Of a stretch of DNA of 64,000 bases, positions 54,554-64,000 are shown in pieces. Under the pieces are notes generated by a model. That model was given only the letters and a program-made list of their open reading frames with translations. It had not been told where the DNA came from and ran no database searches. The DNA comes from Sminthopsis crassicaudata (taxonomy: Eukaryota), in assembly GCF_048593235.1 (NCBI RefSeq), contig NC_133619.1, positions 649,676,558-649,740,557 on the forward strand, in the 5' to 3' direction. The position numbers and the translations under genes are program-made. Position 1 is the stretch's first letter; the number at the start of each line of letters is the position of its first letter.

Positions 54554-55099
54554 CAGTCCTCCTACCTCTGAGCTGATGTTTGGGACGCAGAGTGTGCCCT
54601 GGTGCGCTCTGTTAGGACATAGTAATGTGTCTTCTCTGGGACCTTGGGGGTGGGGGCTGTGCAGGCTCTGGTGTGACTTCCCTGCATTCAGCACCAAGGA
54701 CAGCACCAAGCTATGAGAGCTCCCAGGGCCAGGCTGGACTGCTTGCCACCAGCATCCTGAGGTCAAGCCTAGAGGCTTCCAAACCCAGGCCCAGACTGAG
54801 GCAGCCATCCAACAAGTGTCTGTTTCTCCACCTGAAGCCTGAGTGCAGACGCCGGGTCTCCTGATCTCTGGGAAGTCACAGTCTACTGATCAACTCTGAG
54901 CGGGCTGGGGAGGTGACAGAGGGGAACCCGAGAGCAAGCCTGAGAGATGTCTCAGGGTGAAGGATCCCTCTTATCTCGTTGATCCTTTAGAAAATCTGGG
55001 GTCCTTAGAGGTGGTTTTAGAGAGGGCTCTCAGAACAGATTCCCTTTTGTCCTTCATTTCCATGTCAATGCTTTCTCAGCAGCCTTCAGGATAACAAGG

Positions 55100-56720
55100 T
55101 CTCCACAGCCCTTTAAAGATGCTTTCCCTTGACCCCATTATCCTATAGCTCTCCTTTCTTTTATAGTCAACTTCTCCCCAAACTGTCTACACTCAGGCTA
55201 TCCTCTTATTCCCACTTGTTTCCCCAGCCCTTGCAATCTGGCTGTTGACCTCACCATTCAGCTACGGCTGCCCTCTCCAAGATCACCTACTATGACTTAA
55301 AGATTAAATCAAGCGACATTTTGATGTGGCATTTAATGCAAATGACCCCTCCTTCCCCCCCCCCTTCTCTTCTTTCCTTCACTCTCACATAAACGGCCTT
55401 CCATGATGTTTCTAGGGTCTTTTCCTGCATGTCTGCCCATCTCTTTCTGGGGCTCTGCCCCCCACTCACTGCAGGCGTACCTCCAGGCTCTCTCCTCTGC
55501 CCTTGTTTTCATCTGCCTGCAAACGAGTGCCAGGTTCAAACGCCCACTTTTCCTCCCTCTGTTGTGCATTCCCAGCTGCCTGCTGGCTCATAAGCACTTC
55601 CAACTCAACACGCCCCAAACAAAACTCATACCCAGGCCGGGGAGTCACCACTCTCTCCTCCTGCCATTGCTGTTGAGGACTCCCCTTTTTTCCAGGTCTC
55701 CCATCTTCCCCATCTCAGCTTCAGCCCCGGATCCCAGCTCTTGTCCATTTTCCTCCCCTGCTCTCCACATGTGTGCTTGCCACCCTAACTCAGGCCCCCA
55801 TTGCTGGTCTACTACAGACTCCTCATTGGATAATCATTGTCCAGTTTCTTCCTGCGCCAGTCCGTCTCTACCCTACTGCCCCCGAAGTCACATACAGTCA
55901 GTTCTACTCTGTATCAGGCACTATCCGAAGTCCTGGAAACACGAGGAAAGGTGACAGCGTTCCTGCTCTTGAGAAGCTCCCACTCGAAGGGGGCAGACAC
56001 ATACAAACTAAACAGCACAAGCCATATATACAGAATGAAATGGGCATGGTCTCACAGGCAAAGCACTGCTTCGACAGGGGGTCAGGAAGATTTCTTGCAA
56101 AAGCTGGGAATTTAGCTGAGACGCAAAAGGAGCCAGGGAGGCCAGGGAGTGGAGACAAAGGACCAAAAGCTCACACAGAGACCGCCACACAGTTGTCAAA
56201 ATGTTTTTCCTGAAGCCTGAGGTTAACCAACCATGGCCTGTTTCTGCTCAAAAACTGCTTCTAGGACCAGATTCAGCATCTGAAGATGGTACCTCCCGGT
56301 CTTTCAGAGCTGACTACCTACCTGACTACCCTGACTTCTCCCTCCTAGAGTCTACATTTTAGCCATCCTGATTTACGTGGTCTTCCCCATGGAAGACATC
56401 ATTTCCTTTCTCTGAACCTTTGTCCACCTGTCTCCCATTCCCAGAATGCACTCTGTCCTCTACCTTCTGGCCTCCTTTGGGACTCAACTCACGGGCCATG
56501 CCCGACACTCAGGGAGCCTTTCCGTCTGCCCTCTGCTGCTAGCCTTCTCTTCTTTCAGAAGGTTACCTTTGGACATGTTAGCAGTTTGGAATAGTCGACG
56601 GGAAGAACTGGATTTAAATCCTGTCTCAGATGCTTACCTGGGACAGGTCACTTTACCTTTGCCTAACTATGAAATGAAGGGGTTGGACTGAACAGTCTCT
56701 AAGGTATCTTTCTGCTCCAC
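55100..56720. mobile_element. L2 LINE fragments and a MIR relic
   Basis: L2-type words cccttgcaatctggct...ccctctccaagatcacc, caactcaacacgccccaaacaaaactc, ttgtccacctgtctcccattcccagaatgcactc; MIR-like ggatttaaatcctgtctcaga...gtcactttacct at 56610-56700. Confidence 0.65.
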
Positions 56721-57919
56721 ATAGCCAATTCTCTGTAGTCTCCCACCACCCTCAATGGGATGCCGATTCCTTTGGAGGACAGGAAATGTCTCCTTAATGT
56801 CTCTTTATGCTTAACGCTGTCAACTGGACCAGAACCAGCCTTTAGACTGGGAACAGCTGGAGCTGAGCCGAGCAGGACAGAGGCGGGTGTTTCAGGAATC
56901 TAGTTTATATCCAAGTGAGAAAAACCTTTGCAAGTGGAAGCCCCCCCATCCTGAGAAGGAGGGCTTGACATGCTGAGGCTTATGTATTAATATATTATAT
57001 TAATATTTATTCAGGGTTTATATATGTCAAAAACCACAAGGGGCTAGACTATAACATGATCATTTTTAGGTCTTGATTAGCACTTCCATGGCAAGCTTAT
57101 TCGTGGACAATGCAGGTGTTCCTGGGTCCTGTGGGAACAATCTGGTCCAGGATGATGGTCTACAGTCTTAAAAGTCGTTGACCCTGGAGTTCAGAACCAG
57201 TGAATTTGGCGGGAGCGTGAATGCGGCAGTCTCTGGTTCCGTTACATGAGCACAGGGATTTAGGAATTGTTAGCATGTCAGGAGCTGGTCTGGAAAGCTT
57301 CCCGCTGTAGCGATCACCTGTTCCTGGCTCTCAGGTCCCTGGGAAATAGGGGGAACGCCAATAAATCTAAAGTCACAAATCCCAGTGAACACCTGGTGCT
57401 GGTCAAAGCAATACACTTTACCAGAGGGTGAGATCATCCAGGGTGCAAAAACTGTAGTTACGCCAAGGCCAGAGCACAGCCTGCCTGCTGGGCCTTTCTT
57501 CTGGGAAACAGGGTGTCTCCAAATGTCTAGATACCATCTTGTACATAGTAGGTGCTTCATGAATACTAAAGAGATTGGATGGAGGGAGTAGAGGCTCAAG
57601 GTTTAGTCACTTAGAGGACTAGGAGAGGAAAGGGATGTCTGGAAGAATGGAAGGGATGGGAGAACCGAGTCCTCAGGCTGGAGTAGAGGCAGGATTGCTT
57701 CAGTTCCATAATTTTTTAAGCATTTACTGATGTGCCAGGCACTTCCCTGGGCACGGTGAATACAAGACAGAAATAAATCTTCCCCTGCCTCAAGAAGCTG
57801 TGTGCGTGTGTTAGCAGGTACACTATATACACAATCAATGAATCCAAACTCACAATCGTAGTTAAAACCATTTGCATTGCTCTTTGCAAAGTGATGTACA
57901 TCTAGGTAAATAATTTCTT

Positions 57920-58935
57920 TTAGTTATTAATTTTTTTATTAAATTTTAAGTTTTGAACCATCTCCCTCCCCCCCCCCCATCACACTAGAGAAGGCTGGTA
58001 CAGATTTATAAATATATGCAAAATCATGCTACAGATACTTATTATTTCTTTCTCTGGAGGTGGATTTGTAGTTGATTTGAATATTTATAACATTTGGTTT
58101 TTCTTCGAACACTATTGCTGTTACTGTGCCCAATATTCTTTTGGTTCTGTTCATTTTAGTCTTTTCATGCAAGTCTTGCCATGTGTTTTTTTTTTGTTTT
58201 TTTTTTTCCCCTGAGGCTGGGGTTAAGTGACTTGCTCAGGGTCACACAGCTAGGAAGTATTAAGTGTCTGAGAGCAGATTTGAGCTCAGGTTCTCCTGAA
58301 TTCAAGGCTGGTACTCTGTCCACTGCGCCCCCTAGCTGCCCCCAAAACTGTTTTCAATTTTTTAAAATTTTGCCACGTTTTTTAAAAATCCTCTGGCTCG
58401 TTCTTATAGCACTAAGTAGTATCCCATCACAATCATAGGACAGAACGTGTTCCCGGATGATGGGGGGCCGCGTTATTTCCAGTTCTTTGCCACCACAAAG
58501 AGCTGTTATGAGTATTTTAGAATACACAGGTTTTTTCCTCTTGTCCCTGACCACTTTGGCAAACAGATGCAGTGGTATTACGGTATGAAAGGTACACAGT
58601 GGGATTGTCCAGATTACTCTGCAAAGCGGTTGGGTAAAGTCACAACCCCATGAACAGTGTATCGCTGTCCCCCTCCTTCCACATCCTCTCCGAATTTGTG
58701 ATTTCCCCCTCCTATCGTTTTGGCCAGTCTGGCAGCTGTGAGATGGTCCCTCCGAGTTGTTTTAATTCCATTTCTCCAATCAGTGATTCCGAGCTTTTCC
58801 CACGTGACTGTGCACGGTTCTGATTCTTTCATAGACAAACTTCACGTCCTTCCCCCTTGGAAGACATGGCTCGTATTCTCTAGGTTTGACAAAGTCCTCT
58901 GTCCGCTTCAGCTGAGAAACCCCTCAGCCCATTTT
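57920..58935 (-). mobile_element. Old L1 3' fragment
   Basis: Collinear with the L1 3' region seen elsewhere in the window (ttccagttctttgccaccacaaagagctg; gtgagatggtccctccgagttgttttaattccatttctccaatc). Confidence 0.7.
58185..58343 (-). mobile_element. WSINE1-like tRNA-derived SINE
   Basis: Reverse complement reads ggggcagctagggggcgcagtggacagagtaccagccttgaattcaggagaacctgagctcaaatc...gtcacttaaccccagcctcagggg, followed by poly-A. Confidence 0.85.
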
Positions 58936-58949
58936 CTGAGCTACGATGC

Positions 58950-60100
58950 TTTTATTTGTTGGATCCCTTTTTACTTGAACGGCCCCGGAGCCGCCCAGTT
59001 GCCGTCTCCCGGCGCTGGGTGCACCATTGGCTAGGACGTCCATCCCGCTGCGAGGTGGACGTGCCGGCAGGGCTGGGCTCCGGAGCCGGCCGGGACCCCC
59101 CCCCCCCCTTCCATCTGGGAAGCCGCTGGTGCAAGGGCCGCCGCTAGAGGGTTCGGGCGGCCGTGGGGAGTAGAACGGCCTCGGACTCCCGGAGGCGACC
59201 AGGAGCCGGCCAGGACGGGGCAGGACGGGGCAGGACCGGGCAGGACGGAGCAGGGAGGGGCAGGACCGGGCAGGACCGGCCAGGACGGGGCAGGACCGGC
59301 CAGGACGGGGCAGGGAGGGGCAGGACCGGCCAGGACCGGCCAGGACGGGGCAGGACCGGGCAGGACCGGGCAGGACGGGGCAGGACCGGGCAGGACGGGG
59401 CAGGGAGGGGCAGGTTGTGCGGCTCAGTGAGGGATGCTCGGGAGAGCCGGGCGCGCCACTGGGCCTGGCCGAACGCGGACTGCCCCTTGGGACCGTCCTC
59501 CTCGCGCTTTCGCCTCGGCCGCTGGTTGCCCTGGGTAACGGGTCCGCGTCCTCCAGGCCACCATTGGTCCGCAGCCGTCAGGGCGGCCACTTCCCACCTC
59601 GGCTCTGCCTCCGGAGCCCGCCCCGCGGGGCTCATCGCGCGCTGCTATTGGCTCTTACGTTGCCAGGAGCAACGGCGTCCTTACCGTCGCTAGGGAGTTG
59701 GGGGGCCCGCTGCTCTCTCCCATTGGCCGGCCTGTCGGGCTCCGCGCGCTTCCATTGACCCGTTGGTCGGAAAGGGCGGGTCCGGAGCGGAGAAGCGTCT
59801 TTGGGGGGGTCAAGGGGAGCTAGAGCCTGGCCTGAGCGCCCCGGGGCTGGGGAGGAGAACTGGGCAGAGTTTGGGGACGAGGGGGGGGGCGGGAGGCCGC
59901 ACGGAGCAAAGGCTCAGGGTCCGCTCCCCGGCCGGGCAGGGACTGGGGGCAGGGCCCGGGAGACTCGGACTCCGGTGACGCTTGGAGATCTTGCTTAGCT
60001 CCGGGACTGCTCTCGAAGGCCGATGACGACCGTGACTGGCTCGGGGGAGGGCTTCGGCTCGGTGGCCTGGTGGGGCCTGTCCCCAGCGCTGGATCTGCAG
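58950..60100 (+). promoter_or_regulatory. DNAAF3 CpG-island promoter with two RFX X-boxes and several CCAAT boxes
   Basis: GTTGCC-CTG-GGTAAC at 59525-59539 and GTTGCC-AGG-AGCAAC at 59659-59673 both fit GTNRCC(N0-3)RGYAAC. ATTGG near 59026, 59563, 59647 and 59722. Confidence 0.8.
59195..59412. repeat. 10-bp GC-rich minisatellite CAGGAC(G/C)GG(G/C), about 21 copies, with CAGGGAGGGG variants
   Basis: Direct inspection; 30-bp higher-order pattern. Confidence 0.95.
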
Positions 60101-63100
60101 GCGGAGTGTGAGCCCCCTCCCCCCCCAGCCTTTCCCCCCACCCATCTCTGTCCCAGGAGGCCTCTGGGCTGGGTTGGCTGGGGGCAAGCAGGGCGTGGAG
60201 GGAGGCGGGGCCTGCCCGACGGATGAGGCGAGTGGTCCGAACCCCTCCCCCCATCCCAGGTCCTCCCGATGCCTCCAGCCCCGGGGATCCCCAGGAACTC
60301 GACATCCTTCTCCTGGGCTCGGTGGACGCCCGGCATATCTTGCGGACCCTGGCGCAGACTCCGCGCTGGCCCCTTCGGAGGCTCAATGTGAGCCGGACTC
60401 CCCGGGAGGCTGGGGGCTGGGGGCTGGGAGAAGGGCGGGGGCGGGCTCTTCTTCTGACGGTTTCTGTCTGTCCGCGGGGCTTACTGCCTGCACATAGTAG
60501 GCACTTAAAAACTATTGGGGGACAGAGCACTGTCCCTGAACTCAGAAGGACCTGAGTTCAAATTCGGCCTCAGACACTGCCTGGCTGTGTGACCCTGGAC
60601 AAGTCACTTAACCCCAATTGCCTCAGCAAAACAACAACAACAAAACAAAAACTGGGGGTGCCTGTTGGGTTGAATGAAAGTCCCCAAGAGGGGGCCTGGA
60701 CCGTGGGAGGGGCCGGGGAAGGCCCCCATTCCTGATCTTGGGCTCCCCCATCTTTTCTCCTGACTGGCTCCCAGTTCTTCGTCCTGGAGAACAACCTGGA
60801 GGCCGTGGCGCGCCAGATTCTCATCCTCAACCTGGCCTTTGAGCCTCCGGAGAATATGGGCCTTCAAGGTGAGCCTATGGAGGCTGCAGTTGAGCACGCC
60901 CAACCCAGTCCGGGACCCAAGTGTCCGAAGTTCCCTGGGGGTTCAGGAGTCCACGTTCCCAGTGCGTCCCAGCTCCCAAACCAAGCCTTGTCGGGAATCC
61001 AGGCACCTCGTCCTCAGTCCCCTCCCGGTCAAGGACTCGAGTCCTTGCTCCCAGTCTCGGCCCTCTCGGGGACCCAGACGTCCCACTCCTAGCCTCCATC
61101 CTGTGGGACACCCAGCGGTCCCAGCCGCCCTCCCCCACCTCCCTACAGAAAAGAGTGAGACATTCTTGGAGCTGTGGGGGAACGGGCTTGTGCGGACCCA
61201 GGTGGCCGAGTACATTCGAGCTCAGTCCCAGCGCATGCGCCGCCTTTTGCCTGAGCCGGAGGATCTGGCTGCTCAGCTTCCCCAGCTCAGCCTGGAAGCG
61301 CTCAAGGTTTGAGGCCGGGAGTGAGGGTGGGGGTGGGAAAGGGGGAGTGAGCCAATGGCTGGGAGGCTAGGGCGCAGCTCCCGACCTAGGGCTGGGGGGG
61401 GGGGGGGTGGTCAGGTGCCGGGCCGCTCCTCTCCTTTCCCTTCCAATCACTTAATTCTCACCCCTATCTCCCCTCCGCTGACTAGCCCTTCTTCCAGCCC
61501 CATTGCCCCTCACTCTGACCTGGCCGATGGCTTCTAAGAGGTGTCCCTGAGTCTCTGCCCTCCCCCTCTCATCTTCCACAGGGTTTCCAAAGTGGCAGGT
61601 CTCAGTGACTCACTGCGGTGAGTTAGACTGGTCTTATTATTCCTCAAAGATCCCACTAGATCTCCCATCTGAAGGGATAGATCTGGTGAATGGGTAGATG
61701 GAGAGAGAGTTTGTGAAAATGCCTTTTAGGGCTGAGCGTTGGGCGTAAGAGATCCAAGGGCAACCTGAATAATTGTACTGGCTCTCCAAGAAATGGAATG
61801 GATGGCTGATTGATAAAGGGGGGATGGATGCATGAATGATGGATGGATGAGACTGAGTGCATGGACCATGGATGGAGAGAAAACATTTGTGAAGTGCCTC
61901 TTAGGGTCAGGCTTAGGGATGAACAGAGAAGACCAGCGTTAGTGCCTGTCCTGGAAGAGCTTCCAATGGAGCTCCACTTCTTATCCTGTTGGCCTCCTGC
62001 CATATCGCAGAGGCAGTCTCCCATCGTCTCCCTCTCTTTCGGTTCTCAGTACCGGGAGCGGGATTCCTTGGAGGCTGTGTTCACCTTCTGGGCGGCCTCC
62101 GAGGCTGAGGCCTCTTTCCCACTGAGCCGCCTGTGGGACACTCGACTCAGAGGTTACTTGGGCTCCCGCTACGATGCCCGAATCGGGGTCAGCGACTGGG
62201 ACTTGCATATGAAGCTGCATGACCGAGGGGTGAGCCACCTGGACTTGAGTTCCTTGGGAAGCTTGTGGGAGAGAAAACTACCATTTCCAGCGGGCTGCAG
62301 GGAGTATTGTTGAAAGGCCCCCCTATGCTTCTCCCAAATGATGTTGGGAAATGGAGTTTTAGGCACCTCTGCATGGGAGCATCTGGCAGATGAAGGGTAA
62401 AGATTAGGAGATTGATCACCTGAAGAGAAGGTTCGGAGGATTGCTGGGTCCTTGAGCTCCTCTGTCTCTCAGGCCCGGGTCATCAACAGCCGAGAGTTTC
62501 GTCGCTGGCGGGAGACCAGTGTGGCCTTCGAGATTCGGGATGCTTCGGCCTATCAGCTCCCAAATCGGACTCTAGCGTCAGGACGCCTGATGAGCCATGT
62601 GCGTGCTTTAGGCTCCCTGCCCATCTCTTGGCTCTGGGGGATGCAGACTTCTCTCCCAAGGGGTCCCACTCGCCGTTGTCCCTTTCTAGCCTTTGATAAC
62701 CCAGTAATGGACCCTACTCACCACCTCAGGGGACTGTGGGAGTCTAACCTTAACCCAGTCTACCACCTCACCGGAAATTGGAAAGTTGTGGCTTCTGGGC
62801 ACTTAGGACTTCTCGGGAATCCTGGTCTGCCCAGTCCCTCAGTCCTGTATTTCAGGAGATGTGGGACTTCAGGTTCCCAGCCCTTTGTCCCCAGGGTCCC
62901 AGCAGCCCCCCTTCCAAGCTTCTGACATTTGAGGGTTTGAGTGTCCTTTTCTCAGTCTCCTGGGGGACCCAGATTTCCACAAATTGATCCATGTCTCTCC
63001 CCCAACCTCAGCGAGGGGAGCGTGTGGCTGTGCGAGGCTACTGGGGGGACGTGGCTACCGGGCCTTTCGTGGCCTTTGGCATCGAGTCTGACGATGAGAG

Positions 63101-63661
63101 TGTCTTGAAGAGCCGCAACGGAACCCCTGTTAAGGTGCCCAGGGAGCCCCATCTCTGACCTTCTCCCCTCCACCTCCCGGCCTTCTCCTTTTCTCTTGCT
63201 CTTTCCCGGGCCTTGACCTGGGCAGACCTAAGGTCTCCCTGACTCCCCATCTCTTTGGCCGCGATTGGCTCTCCCCCGCAGTTTCCATCTCTCGCCCTCA
63301 GCGTCTCTGGCTTTCCTCCTTTCGCTTTGACTTGGGGTTGTGTCTGGGCCTCGGGTTGTCTGGTCCAAGTATCTCTTCAGTTTCCTCCGGAAGACTCCAG
63401 GTCCCATTTCCATTTATAACGCGCTACTCCCGAAGTCTGCCCCTTCTCGGCCTCTCCCCACCTCCCTCCAACTGCTCCACTCCACAGCTCCGCCCATTTC
63501 TCCAGGCTCCGCCCACATGTCCTGCTCGTCCCTCCCACAGTGCGCGGGTGAGATCTCCCTGCACAACGTGACCTCGCTGTTTCGAAGCCTAGTGGCTGCG
63601 GAGGAGGTGGTGTCTGGGGCCGAAGCTGAAACCGAGGCCGAGGCCGGGGCCCCAGAGTCTG
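60023..63661 (+). CDS. DNAAF3: Dynein axonemal assembly factor 3 (PF22), 5' part; the gene continues past the window
   Basis: Exons 60023-60107, 60260-60387, 60775-60868, 61149-61306, 62050-62229, 62473-62598, 63012-63134, 63541-63661. Peptides [49 protein letters not shown] and [18 protein letters not shown] match recalled DNAAF3. Confidence 0.95.
60520..60651 (+). mobile_element. 5'-truncated WSINE/CORE-type SINE in a DNAAF3 intron
   Basis: B box gagttcaaattc, core tgtgtgaccctggacaagtcacttaacccc, (CAA)n tail. Confidence 0.8.
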
Positions 63662-64000
63662 GTGAGAGGGGCAGGAGGCTCCAAAACTTTCCTCCTCCTC
63701 AGAACCAGTCGCTCTTTTAGTCTCCTTAACTCTGAGTCTTCCCTCCCCTCTCTCCCACTCAGGGCTCTTTAAAACCATCTGGATTCCCAGAGGGGAAACT
63801 GAGGCCAATAGGAGGGGGATAGGAGTCCTCCCAAGGACTAGGGGCAGGGAAAGGGAAAGTTCCTCACCTGAGGGAAGGGCCCGGAGGCCCCTGTGCTTGT
63901 GTGTGTAACAGCCAGGGCAGGAAAGGCCGCCCCTGGCCAGTCCTCTGACTCCTCTTCCTGGCACTGGGTGCCCCCCTCTCTTTCCCCGTCTTCTTCACCT

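Noticed and set aside
59144-59693. RG-rich 176-aa ORF (GAGRGRTGQD repeats) and its antisense partner
   Set aside because: Produced by the 10-bp promoter minisatellite; GTG start and no evidence of coding constraint.
58185-60651. tRNA-like A and B boxes
   Set aside because: They belong to SINE heads with CORE domains and A-rich tails; no cloverleaf tRNA gene was seen.

Overview
Mammalian genomic DNA, most likely an Australian marsupial, possibly a dasyurid (inferred from WSINE1-, MAR1- and CORE-SINE-type elements and marsupial-type L1 3' UTRs). It is syntenic with human 19q13.42. Five genes lie in tandem on the + strand: the last exon of HSPBP1, complete PPP6R1, TMEM86B and PTPRH, and the 5' part of DNAAF3. 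Exon structures were rebuilt by hand from GT-AG sites and reading-frame continuity. Notable points: (1) Five of the eight FN3 exons of PTPRH are near-identical, recently amplified ~1.85-kb modules. Their differences cluster in one surface loop, they share a weak AAG acceptor, and they differ at the predicted branch point. (2) SYT5, which lies between PTPRH and DNAAF3 in human, is not detectable. (3) An unexplained CpG island with promoter, splice and poly(A) signals, followed by a ~16-kb nest of L1s inside an older L1, separates PPP6R1 from TMEM86B. (4) There are several GC-rich minisatellites, one of which arose inside a SINE head and carries 12 TEAD-type motifs. No CRISPR, rRNA or tRNA genes were found. 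All family and homology calls rest on recalled sequences, not database searches.
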